DNA from: Acidobacteriota bacterium
Lineage (GTDB): Bacteria; Acidobacteriota; UBA890; WLXD01
Direction: 5' to 3'
DNA length: 64,000 nt
Assembly (NCBI GenBank): GCA_965248695.1
Contig: CBDFKD010000002.1
Coordinates: forward strand, 4,544,001-4,608,000
Positions within the stretch are counted from its first letter, which is position 1. Every line of letters starts with the position of its first letter. The position numbers and the translations under genes are program-made. Below the pieces are notes generated by a model that made no database searches, was not told the origin of the DNA, and saw only the letters and a program-made list of their open reading frames with translations. Below are positions 38,168 through 47,746 of the stretch, one piece after another.

Positions 38168-40423
38168 GTGCAGCTTGGAGCGCCGTGTCTCCGGGGACCG
38201 GCCGCTGCTTGGCTCGGGCTGGCGCTTTTGGCGCTACCGACGGGCGAGGTCGTGGGCTTGCCCGTCGATCCCCGGTCTCCGGAAGCCCGTCAGGCGGCTG
38301 GTTCGCCGCCCGGTTCGCCAGCCGTTGACGCCGGAGAGACCATCCTCCACGCGCTACGGGTTACGGAGGCACCTGAGGTCGACGGCGTGCTGGACGAGAA
38401 GATCTGGGACGATGCCCCACCGTTCGATGCGTTCATCCAGCAAGTTCCCGATACCGGGTCAGCGGTCAGCGAGCGCACCGTTGTGCGAATCCTCTACACC
38501 GACGCCAACCTGTACTTCGGTGTGTGGGTGTTCCAGCGCGACCCCGACACCGTTCTCGCCAACGAGCTGCGTTACGACCAGCCACAGATGCACCGGCAGG
38601 ACGACACCATCTCCATCATCCTCGACACCTTCCACGATCATCGCAACGGCTACGAGTTCATGTTCAATCCGCTCGGGACGCGCAACGATTGGGCCTGCAC
38701 CGACGAGGGGCGCCACTGGAACCAGTCCTGGGATCCGGTGTGGGACGTCGTCACCACGATCACCCAAGAGGGTTGGTTTGCCGAGGTCGAGATCCCGTTC
38801 AAGAGCCTGCGGTTCCGGGGTGACGGCGGCCGCTGGGGTATCAACATTCGGCGCGCGATCCTGCACCGCAACGAGTGGGTTCATGCGACGGCCATCTCTC
38901 CTGCGTACACGCATCCATCGCAGGGTATCGGCAAGCTCTCGTCGGCCGCCGACCTGGATGGCCTGGAGGGAATCGGCGTCGGTCACAACATCGAGATCAA
39001 GCCCTACGTGTCGATCGACTCGAGTGCGCGAGTGGATGGGCTGGAGCGCCCGCAATCGGGTGTCGAGCCAGGGGTCGATCTCAAATACGGGTTCACCCCG
39101 AGCCTGAACCTCGACCTGACATACAACACCGACTTTTCCCAGGTCGAGGTTGACGAACAGCAGATCAACCTGACGCGCTTCGGGTTGTTCTTTCCGGAGA
39201 AGCGCACCTTCTTTCAGGAGGGGCGTGGGATCTTCGACTTTGGTGTGAATCGTGGGAACTACCGCGTGCTGCCGTTCTTCAGTCGCCGGATCGGCCTGGA
39301 GGATGGCACGCCGGTGCCGATCGGCGGCGGCGGTCGCGTTACCGGCAAGCTAGGTGACTACAGCATCGGTGTTCTCGGGCTGCGGACCGCGGCGGAGGGA
39401 GCACACGTGCGCAACGATTTCTCCGCTGTGCGCGTCAAGCGGGACGTTCTGGGTCGATCCAGTGTCGGCATGCTGTTCACCGATCGTCGTTCCGCCGGTG
39501 ACGACGCTGCCAACCAGGTTTTCGGGCTCGACGCCAACGTGGCGTTCGGAGCTCGCAACAAGGTGGACCTGTTCTGGGTGCAGAGCAGCGATGAGCGGGG
39601 CGGCGACAGCTCCACCGCGTATAGGGCGCACTTGCTGCTGGAGAACGACCTGCTGGGCCTCGAGACCGACTGGATGCGGGTCGGAGATGCGTTCGACCCC
39701 GGCGTCGGCTTCGTTCAACGGCGCGGCATGAACCGGCGCTATGTCAAGGCGCAGGTGAGCCCGCGCCCGGAGCGATTCGGCATTCGCAGGGTCTATCTGC
39801 GCACGGAACTGGACTACGTAGAGGACCTGCACGGCAGCCTGGAGACGCGGATCTGGACCGAGAGCCTGACCATCCAGTCCGAGCATGATGACAACCTGAC
39901 GTTCAGCTGGCAGAGCTCGGACGAGGTGATTCGTGAGCCGTTTCTTGTCGCCGGGGTTCTGCCGGTGGCACCGGGGAGCTACGGGTTCGACGACTGGCAG
40001 CTGCGCATGGGGACCTCACCGATCCGCAGCCTGTTCGCCACCGTGCGACTCCGCGGCGGAGGCTTCTTCGATGGCACGCGCTCCGATCTCGCTGCCAACG
40101 CCTTCCTGAGAGCCAGTCGGCACTTGCTGGTCGACGCCGGCTACTCCAACAGCAGGATTCGCTTGCCCTCCGGGCGGCTCGACGCGACTCTCCTGCGCTT
40201 TCGCGGCACCTACGCCTTTAACCCGCGCATCTGGGTGGCAACGTTGGTGCAGTGGAATAACGTCAGTCGCGAGCTCGGCGTCAACGCACGGCTGCGCTAC
40301 ACCTACCGACCGGGTAGCGATCTCTATGTGGTGATCAATGAGCGGGCCATCAGCCCGGAGAGCATGTGGCTGTTGCGCGAGCGCAGCCTGATCGTCAAGT
40401 GGACCTACTTGCTGCGCCTCTAG
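38168..40423 (+). CDS. DUF5916-type outer-membrane protein with N-terminal CBM9-like domain
   Basis: VDGVLDE..W, LDTFHDHRN, TYNTDFSQVEVDEQQINLTRFGLFFPEKRTFFQEG, FFSRRIGL, beta-signal-like C-terminus. Confidence 0.9.
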   Translation: MQLGAPCLRGPAAAWLGLALLALPTGEVVGLPVDPRSPEARQAAGSPPGSPAVDAGETILHALRVTEAPEVDGVLDEKIWDDAPPFDAFIQQVPDTGSAVSERTVVRILYTDANLYFGVWVFQRDPDTVLANELRYDQPQMHRQDDTISIILDTFHDHRNGYEFMFNPLGTRNDWACTDEGRHWNQSWDPVWDVVTTITQEGWFAEVEIPFKSLRFRGDGGRWGINIRRAILHRNEWVHATAISPAYTHPSQGIGKLSSAADLDGLEGIGVGHNIEIKPYVSIDSSARVDGLERPQSGVEPGVDLKYGFTPSLNLDLTYNTDFSQVEVDEQQINLTRFGLFFPEKRTFFQEGRGIFDFGVNRGNYRVLPFFSRRIGLEDGTPVPIGGGGRVTGKLGDYSIGVLGLRTAAEGAHVRNDFSAVRVKRDVLGRSSVGMLFTDRRSAGDDAANQVFGLDANVAFGARNKVDLFWVQSSDERGGDSSTAYRAHLLLENDLLGLETDWMRVGDAFDPGVGFVQRRGMNRRYVKAQVSPRPERFGIRRVYLRTELDYVEDLHGSLETRIWTESLTIQSEHDDNLTFSWQSSDEVIREPFLVAGVLPVAPGSYGFDDWQLRMGTSPIRSLFATVRLRGGGFFDGTRSDLAANAFLRASRHLLVDAGYSNSRIRLPSGRLDATLLRFRGTYAFNPRIWVATLVQWNNVSRELGVNARLRYTYRPGSDLYVVINERAISPESMWLLRERSLIVKWTYLLRL

Positions 40424-40451
40424 AGAGGCGGCAGCGGCGATTCACTCCGGA

Positions 40452-40568
40452 TCAGGTCCCGTCGTCCGTGAGGCAGAGGTTGCGTAGTCGCCTCGGCAGC
40501 TCGACGAACACGAGCGGATTGGAGCTGTCGCTGTTGGCCATGATCACGAAGCCGTAGCCGTCCTCTCG
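40452..40568 (-). pseudogene. Possible orphan C-terminal fragment of a serine hydrolase (class C beta-lactamase-like) gene
   Basis: REDGYGFVIMANSDSSNPLVFVELPRRL...*; resembles the GxGxVIMxNSD terminal strand of that family; the N-terminal part is absent. Confidence 0.4.
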
Positions 40569-40598
40569 CGCGCCTGCGGCCGAGTCTGCCGGGAAGGG

Positions 40599-42023
40599 TT
40601 ATCGCAGCCCGACCTGGCCCTTGACCGAATCCAGCAGCTTGCCGGCGTCGTAGCCGATGCCGTCCTTGAAGACGGTGACGACGTTGCGGATCACGCTGGC
40701 CGCAGTGGTGAGATCGCCTTCGAGAACGGCCAGATCTGCCAGCATACCGACCGCGATCGTGCCGCGCTCGTGGTCGACGCCGAGCACTTTGGCGCCGTTG
40801 GCGGACATGATGCGTACTGCCTCTTCGGGTCGAAATCCGGATTCGACGAACAGCTCATAGTTCCGATGATCGCCGAATCCCGGAAGCGCACCTCCCGCAG
40901 GATCGACGCCGCTGGCGAGTATCCCGCCGGCCTCGACGAAAGCGCGGTTGAACGCCATCGCGTTGGCCAGCAGCCCCTTCATGAAGGCGCGTTCCTGTGC
41001 CGTCTCGCGGGTGCGCTCACGAAGCTCCTGGTACTCCTGACGCAGGCGTGGAGTCATCATCTCCAGGGCTCGCGGATGCACGTCGGGGCGATCCGGGATC
41101 CTCCACTCGAACACCGACAGCGTCGAAGTCAGCGGCACGCCGTGTGCGACGATGTGGCGAATAGATTCCTGCACCTGTTCGCTGTCGATGTCGAGGTCGG
41201 CGAGTGTGGCGGTCATCTGCGGCGGGCAGACGTCGACCTCCTTGCCGGGGACGAAGTCGCTCATCGTGATGAACGAGTGCTCGAGGTTGTCGATGCCCAA
41301 CTCGACGGCCTCGCCGTGGGTCACCGAACACAGATGCGCTGTTACCTTGATGCCGCGCTTGTGGGCCTCGTCGATGGCCGCGCCCAGCGTTTCCCGGCTG
41401 ATGCTGGTGTAGGCCTTCATCCACTCGATGCCTTCCTCGTCCCAGTAGGCCACTAGCCTGCGAGCCTCCTCCGGCGTCGCGGTCTTGGGCTCGACGGTGT
41501 CGAGTGGGTTCGTGCTGTTGTCCAGGTACGGGCCGGTGACGTGCATGTGTGGCCCGGGGACATCGCCGCGATCGATCTGGGCTTTGACGTTGAGGTCGCT
41601 GTACGCCAGCACGGTGCCGGTGGTGCGGATCGTGGTGACGCCGCTGCCGAGATACAGGCGCGGCGCCGAGAACACCATTTGGCTATAGATCGCCCCCGGG
41701 GAGGTGTAGAACGTGTGGTTGTGCAGCCCGATGAGACCTGGAATGACGGTATGGCCGCGCAGCTCCAGCACCTCGGCACCGGAGGGGATCGGTACCTCCC
41801 CTGTGGCTCCCACCGCCGCGATACGACCGTTCCGGATTAGCACCGTCTGATCACTGGCTGGCGGCGCGCCGGTACCGTCGATCAGTTGCACGTCGGTCAA
41901 CGCCACGACCCCCGCGTCGACGCTGACGAACTCCATCGTTTCCGGGGCGAGGGCGGGCGGCGCTTGCGCCGCCGCGACGCTGGCGAGCGTTGCCATGATT
42001 AAGGCGTAGGTAGGGGCTCGCAT
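40599..42023 (-). CDS. Secreted amidohydrolase family protein
   Basis: Signal peptide; IPGLIGLHNH, GVTTIRT, KAY, TAH, LEH, GVD, GTIAVGMLADL. Confidence 0.92.
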   Translation of the reverse strand: MRAPTYALIMATLASVAAAQAPPALAPETMEFVSVDAGVVALTDVQLIDGTGAPPASDQTVLIRNGRIAAVGATGEVPIPSGAEVLELRGHTVIPGLIGLHNHTFYTSPGAIYSQMVFSAPRLYLGSGVTTIRTTGTVLAYSDLNVKAQIDRGDVPGPHMHVTGPYLDNSTNPLDTVEPKTATPEEARRLVAYWDEEGIEWMKAYTSISRETLGAAIDEAHKRGIKVTAHLCSVTHGEAVELGIDNLEHSFITMSDFVPGKEVDVCPPQMTATLADLDIDSEQVQESIRHIVAHGVPLTSTLSVFEWRIPDRPDVHPRALEMMTPRLRQEYQELRERTRETAQERAFMKGLLANAMAFNRAFVEAGGILASGVDPAGGALPGFGDHRNYELFVESGFRPEEAVRIMSANGAKVLGVDHERGTIAVGMLADLAVLEGDLTTAASVIRNVVTVFKDGIGYDAGKLLDSVKGQVGLR

Positions 42024-42027
42024 CGGT

Positions 42028-43404
42028 CTACTCCTGCACGCGTAGTGTCAGCGCCACGTCCTGGCGCCGATAGAGGCAAATCCCGTTGACGTCCTCGCAT
42101 ACGTAGTAGAGGGCGTATCCCGGCAGCTTCAGGTCGCCCTCCGGGGCGTTGTCCGGAACGCGAATCTCGAACTCGACCGTGCGCGGCTCCAGGCTCACGG
42201 TCTGCGGTGGGTTGGCGACCGTGAGGACGCGGTGATCGACCTGCCACTCGTCGGGCGGCTCGATCCAGAAAACGAGATCATCGACCTCGTTGTTCCAGTG
42301 CGCCTTGATCGCATCGTTCGGCAGGAACGTCACGTGAGCGCGGGTGCTGGCGCCCGGTGCGACGGTGCCCGGCACCAGAGTGCTCTCGGCGACCACGTAG
42401 GTGCCGTCGTCGCGCAAGATACGCTCGTCGATCACCGGCGGGACGGTGGTGTCGGCGACAAAGGCGGGCGTTGGCCGGGCGAACTCTGCGCCGCCAGGCT
42501 CCACGACGAGCTCCGCTGGCGTTTCGCCACGGGCAGTGATCTCGGCGCGCGCCGTCGGGACCCAGTCGTAGAAGGGGTACGGCTTGTCCAGCCGCGGTCC
42601 GTACTGCTGAATGCGCCGTCGCCAGATGTAGTTGTTGGGGTCGACCGTCAGCGCCGCTTCCCAGTAGTGCACGGCGCGCTGGAAGTCGCCTGGCCGGGCG
42701 GACGGGGAGTCGTAGCGGCGCCGGACTGCCACGCCGGCGCGGAACAGGCCGTAGCCGTGCCCCGGATTCGCGCCGGCGGCATCGGCGAATGCATCGACGA
42801 TGGTGTCGATCTCGTCGTTGCCGCCCCAGCGGTACAGATCGTGAGCCCGCTGCCGAGCCGCATCCACCGCCACCGGCTGGCTCAGCGCGGGAGCTCTGGG
42901 TGCCTCGAACGCCACGTCGACGAAGGTGCGGCGCAGCTCATCCGGGTTGTCCAGCGGCGGGTGTATCTGCCGGACGATGCCGTGCTCGTCGATGGCCAAG
43001 GTCAACGGCACGACGTCTATCTCCAGCAGGTCGAGAGAATCCACCAGCACCGGCCAGTCCATCCGCTTCCATTGCATGAACAGGCGCGCTCGATCCGGGT
43101 GCTGCTCCTGCACGATGCCGAGCATCTGGACGTCGCCGGCGGCTCGCCAGGTTGCGGTCGCTTCGTGCCACCCGGGCACGTGCACGCGGCAGCCTGCTCA
43201 CCACGAGGCGAACACGTGCAAGATCAGCTTGTGGCCGCGAAAATCAGCGACGCTGCGACGAGTGCCCTCCAGGTCGGGGAGCGAGATGGTCGGGAACGGG
43301 CGGCCGATCTCCGGCGCGGGCGCGCTCTGCGGCACAGGCCCGGGGGCTGGAATCACCGCCATCAGCATCACCAGAGCTCCGAGGCTCGCCGCTCGTGTGG
43401 TCAT
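42028..43404 (-). CDS. Putative exported selenoprotein (458 aa): TlpA/AhpC-TSA thioredoxin-like domain with UxxC, helical middle region, DsbD-alpha-like C-terminal domain
   Basis: GGAG RBS, ATG 43404, signal peptide. Reads FPTISLPDLEG...DFRGHKLILHVFASW-TGA(43200-43198)-AGCRVHVPGW in frame into the 42028..43185 ORF. SECIS-like hairpin follows; C-terminus YYVCEDVNGICLY. Confidence 0.88.
43159..43188 (-). promoter_or_regulatory. Bacterial SECIS-like hairpin
   Basis: mRNA after UGA: CGC-GUGCA-CGUGCC-[CGGGU]-GGCACG-AA-GCG; the apical loop starts 24 nt after the UGA, with G at loop position 2. Confidence 0.65.
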
Positions 43405-43610
43405 GTTCTGTCTCCGGATCTCGCCAACGTGCGCACTCGCCCCGCCAGGGAAGCTCACGTTCGTCTGCCGGCGCAGTCTATCCTGGTGAGGCCGTAGTTC
43501 ACCAAGAGCCCGACGACGCAATCGACTCCCTCGCTGCGCCTTGATCTCACCGGGAGTCCGATCCGCAGCATGCAACGATCATCTCTTGCAGTCCGCTAGC
43601 CTCCTCACCG

Positions 43611-44976
43611 GTGCGTGTGACAATGAGCTTTGGATGGTCTGGAGGAGTTTGGCGGCGGTGGAGCCTGGCTGCTGCTCTGGTGACGGTGTGGGTTACGGCG
43701 CTGCCTGGGGCGGCTGCGCAGCTGTCGGTCGATGTCGCGACGGAGATCTGGCGAGGCGATGTGGATCAACGGCTGGCGACTGCCGATCGTCTGGCCGCGT
43801 CGGGGTCCTTCGACGAGCTCTACGCGGCACTCGAAGCCGGTCCGCGCTACGACGGCACCTCGCCTACAGGACGGCTGCTGCACCGGCACGAGATCGGCGG
43901 TGTGGGGCATTCGTACCTGGTCCAGGTGCCCGGCGACTATGATCCGGTGCGGCGCTACCCGGTGCGGGTGTATCTGCACGGTGGGGTCGCTCGCGGCGAA
44001 GTTCCCGACAACGGCGGCTGGTGGCGCGATCCGAATCGTCTGGCGAGCTCCGACCACATCGCCGTGTTCCCGGCGTCGTGGGGTGCCTCCAAGTGGTGGC
44101 AGGAGAGCCAGCTGCTCAACCTGACGGCGATCCTCGCCAGCTTGAAGATGACCTACAACGTCGATGAGAACCGAGTGCACGTTGTCGGGGTTTCGGACGG
44201 CGGTACCGGGGCGTGGTACATGGCGTTCCGCGACCCCACGCCGTGGGCCAGTTTCGTGCCGATGATCGGCCACCCGGCGGTGCTCGCCAGCCCGCGGGTC
44301 GACGTCGAGGGACAGATGCACGTGGTCAACCTCCGCAGTCGCCCGTTCCTGGTGTTCAACGGTGAGGTCGATCGGTTGTATCCGGCGCGCAGCGTCCGGC
44401 CGTACATCGAGCTATTCCGCGACGCCGGCGTGCAGGTGGAGTTCATCGAGATCGCGGGCGAGGGGCACACGGTGCGATGGTGGCCCGAGCGCGCCGACCG
44501 CATCGACGGATTCCTCACGTCGACGCGGCGCGATCCGCTACCCAGCCGCCTCAGCTGGGAGACCGAGGACGTCACGCGCTTCAATCGCTCCCACTGGATG
44601 GTGATCGATGCACTGGGGCCGGCTGACGGCGACGCCGCCTTGCCGGACATCGAGCGCCGTCTGGCGGATGCTTCCAATCTGCTGGTCGGATTTCCGCGGG
44701 CGGCGTCGAGCGGCCCGTGCCGAAGCGACGGTCGACGGGAACGATATACAGATCCGCTCGCGCGGAGTGCGTCGTATGCGATTGTTGTTGTCGCCGCGTC
44801 AGTTCGACCTGTCCCGCGCCGTACGCGTACGGGTCAACGGCATCGAGCGCCACGCCGGCGTGGTTGAGCGGAGCAAACAGACGTTGTTGCGCTGGGCGGC
44901 GCGAGACCTCGATCGGTCGATGCTCTTCGGCGCCGAGCTGGAAATCAGAATCCCGCCGGCGCGCGGGTCTCTGTAG
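43611..44976 (+). pseudogene. Secreted alpha/beta-hydrolase (PHB depolymerase/esterase-like), with one +1 frameshift at ~44715 (real or sequencing error)
   Basis: VYLHGG, GVSDGG nucleophile elbow, NGEVDRLY, GEGH; removing one C from CGGCCCG (44711-44717) joins ...SSG to RAEATVDGN...DRSMLFGAEL*. Confidence 0.8.
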
Positions 44977-45088
44977 CGGGAGCGGAGCCGGGGTGGCCGT
45001 TGCTGCTTCCTCGCGATCTGGCTAAAGTTCACCCGACACGCCGACCATTGTCCAGCGTGAGTTCCGGTCCTGATCTGGTAGGTGAGAC

Positions 45089-46561
45089 ATGAACAACCGA
45101 GCGGTGCACAACACTGGTTTCGTCAGCCCGGTCGCACTGGCGGCGATCATCACGCTCGCCGTATCACCGGCGTCCGCACAGTGGGCTCAAGCGCCGCCAC
45201 GGGAGGTCGTGATCACCGGCGGCTGGTTGTTTGACGGCATTCGCGACACGCGTGTCCGTAACACCGGCATCGTTATCCGCGACGGCAAGTTTATCGAGGT
45301 CGGGGCCGACCTGCGGGGTCGCTACTTTCCTGCGGCTCAGATGGTCGAGCTCGACGACGGCGCCACGATCTTGCCGGGCATGATCGATCTTCACGCGCAC
45401 CACAACATGAACATGGTCGGGGTAGGGCGGGCCGAGGAGGTCACGTACAACTCGATGATCTTCCTGGCTAACGGAGTTACCGCCACCTGGTCGGCGGGAG
45501 AGTTCTTCCCCGAGCGTGTTATCGAGGCGCGCGATCGCATCGATCGCGGCGAGGCGATCGGGGCGCGGGTGTTCGCCTCCGGCCCCTACTTCGGCGCTTT
45601 CCGATGTGAGTACCAGATCCAGACCGCTGAGGACGACTGTATCGGGTGGCCGAACGACATCACCGAGACCGAGATTCGTGCCGAGGTCGACTACTGGGCG
45701 CAGCAGGGAGTCACCAGCATCAAGATCAAGCAGTCGACGCCGGAGGAGATGCGCATTCTCATCGACCAGGCGCATCGGCGGGGCATGACCACGACGAGTC
45801 ACCTCGGCAACTACGCCGGTAGCTATGACGTCGAGCCCGCGGATGCCATCGCTATGGGGCTCGATCGCGTCGAGCACTGGATCACGCGAGGTAGCGAGCC
45901 GGAGCCCGGCGAGCTCGAACGCCTGATCGGGCTGTTCTTGGAGGAACAGGTTTACTTCGATGCCAACCTGCAGATGTTCGGTGGCAACATGGCCAACCAC
46001 CCGCAGCTCGATATGGTGTGGGTGGACGAGTACAAGTACTTCACCCCGTACGCTCAGGCGCGTATCCGAGAGCGCCTGGCTGCCGGGGCGGAGCCGGCGG
46101 ATGTGTATGTGGAATCGGCGAGCTTCCGCCGCCGTATGGCGGAGGTCGGGGCGCTGTTCGAGTCCGGCGGCGGCGACCTGCTCATCGTCGGCACCGACGA
46201 GCCTACGTCGGGGCCCTGGCTTCCAGGCTTCGCCTACCAGCGCGAGCTGATGGTCATGGCGCACGCCGGATTGCCGGCAGCCGCGGTGCTCAAGGCAGCA
46301 ACGATCAACGGTGCTCGTGCGCTCGGGGTCGTCGACCGTCTGGGTTCGATTGAGCCCGGGAAGTTGGCGGACCTGTATATCACCGAGGGCAATCCGCTGG
46401 AGGACATGTCCGCCGCCCGCAACGTCCGCCTGGTGATCAAGGCCGGGGTGGTCTACGACCCGGAGGCCTTGCTGAAGGCGGCCGAAGGCAAGATCGGACC
46501 TGCCGGGCCGGACGATCACGATGCCTGGGAATTGAAGGTCAAGCCCCTCGTCAGGCAGTAG
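45089..46561 (+). CDS. Secreted amidohydrolase family protein
   Basis: Signal peptide; LPGMIDLHAH, KIK, TSH, VEH, GTD, GSIEPGKLADL. Confidence 0.92.
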   Translation: MNNRAVHNTGFVSPVALAAIITLAVSPASAQWAQAPPREVVITGGWLFDGIRDTRVRNTGIVIRDGKFIEVGADLRGRYFPAAQMVELDDGATILPGMIDLHAHHNMNMVGVGRAEEVTYNSMIFLANGVTATWSAGEFFPERVIEARDRIDRGEAIGARVFASGPYFGAFRCEYQIQTAEDDCIGWPNDITETEIRAEVDYWAQQGVTSIKIKQSTPEEMRILIDQAHRRGMTTTSHLGNYAGSYDVEPADAIAMGLDRVEHWITRGSEPEPGELERLIGLFLEEQVYFDANLQMFGGNMANHPQLDMVWVDEYKYFTPYAQARIRERLAAGAEPADVYVESASFRRRMAEVGALFESGGGDLLIVGTDEPTSGPWLPGFAYQRELMVMAHAGLPAAAVLKAATINGARALGVVDRLGSIEPGKLADLYITEGNPLEDMSAARNVRLVIKAGVVYDPEALLKAAEGKIGPAGPDDHDAWELKVKPLVRQ

Positions 46562-46636
46562 GAGCGCCGATGGGCGGCCGTCGTATTGGGTAGCCGGGCT
46601 AACCGGTCCGGGTCCGATGACTACCGGTGGCGCAGC

Positions 46637-47617
46637 TCAGTCGGGCATCTTCACGGCACGGGCGCCGTTTTGCGCCGCCCGGACGCACAGGTACTCGAGT
46701 GCAATGGCTGCCCCGGCGAGCGAGGTGATCTGCGCGTGATCGTACGGCGGTGCAACCTCGACCAAGTCCATGCCGGCGTAGTCGATCTGGGTCAGCTCTC
46801 TGAGGATCGATGACGCCTGGTGGGTCGTCAGACCGCCGGGGACGGGAGTACCCGTGCCAGGAGCGTATGCTGGGTCGAGGCAGTCGATGTCGAACGTCAG
46901 GTACGCCTTGTGATCGCCGACGGTTCGCTGGATCTGCGCTGCGATCTCGGCGGGCGTCGAGCGGTGCACCTCGTCAGCGTAGATGATCCGCATGCCGAAC
47001 GAGCGTTCCCCGGTGTAGTAGGTGCGGATGCCGATCTGCACCGATCGTGCAGGATCGATTACGCCTTCCTCGATGGCGAGTCCGAACATCGTGCCGTGGT
47101 CGATGCGATCGCCGACATTGGGCTCGACGTCGCGATGGGCGTCGAACTGGATGAGCGAGAGGGGCCCATGTACCGCCGCGTAGGCACGCAGCATCGGATA
47201 GGTAACGTAATGATCCCCACCAATCGCCATCGATGAGGCGCCGCCGGCGATGATCCCCGCAATGTGCTGCTCGATCACCTGTGGAGCACTGGCGATGTTC
47301 CCGTAATCGAGCTCGCAATCTCCGTAGTCGACCACCGCCAGCGTGTCGAACGGATCGAACATCCACGGCCACTGGGGTCCCCAGGCGAAGTTCGCTGACG
47401 CCTGCCGCACGCCCTGTGGCCCCAGCCGGGTTCCGGGACGATTGCTCGTCGCCTGGTCGAAGGGAATCCCGGTAACCGCGATATGGGCGGCCGTCAGGTC
47501 GCGCGTGTACTTGCGACGCATGAACGAGAGTGCGCCCGCGTAGGTGGATTCGATGACACTTCCTGTCAGGCCCTCACGTTGGAAGGCGCTATCACCGCTG
47601 ACCTCACTTTCAGACAT
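46637..47617 (-). CDS. speB: Agmatinase (ureohydrolase family)
   Basis: GIPFDQATSNRPGTRLGP, GGDHYVT, FDAHRD, DHGT, TFDIDCLDPAYAPGTGTP, VEVAPPYD. Confidence 0.88.
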   Translation of the reverse strand: MSESEVSGDSAFQREGLTGSVIESTYAGALSFMRRKYTRDLTAAHIAVTGIPFDQATSNRPGTRLGPQGVRQASANFAWGPQWPWMFDPFDTLAVVDYGDCELDYGNIASAPQVIEQHIAGIIAGGASSMAIGGDHYVTYPMLRAYAAVHGPLSLIQFDAHRDVEPNVGDRIDHGTMFGLAIEEGVIDPARSVQIGIRTYYTGERSFGMRIIYADEVHRSTPAEIAAQIQRTVGDHKAYLTFDIDCLDPAYAPGTGTPVPGGLTTHQASSILRELTQIDYAGMDLVEVAPPYDHAQITSLAGAAIALEYLCVRAAQNGARAVKMPD

Positions 47618-47648
47618 TCCGATTCCCGTTCCAAGGCCACGAGTAGTT

Positions 47649-47666
47649 ATCAATAAACTTTATTAT
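47649..47666. promoter_or_regulatory. AT-rich palindrome / possible LysR-type (T-N11-A) operator between divergent speB and kinase genes
   Basis: AATAAA-C-TTTATT at 47652-47664, in an AT-rich patch within GC-rich DNA. Confidence 0.35.
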
Positions 47667-47746
47667 CTATGGGTACGTAAGCCTAGCTGTTGATGACTAT
47701 CATGCCTTGAAGCGGTGGATTCCCACCGCGTCAGAGGCCAAACACG

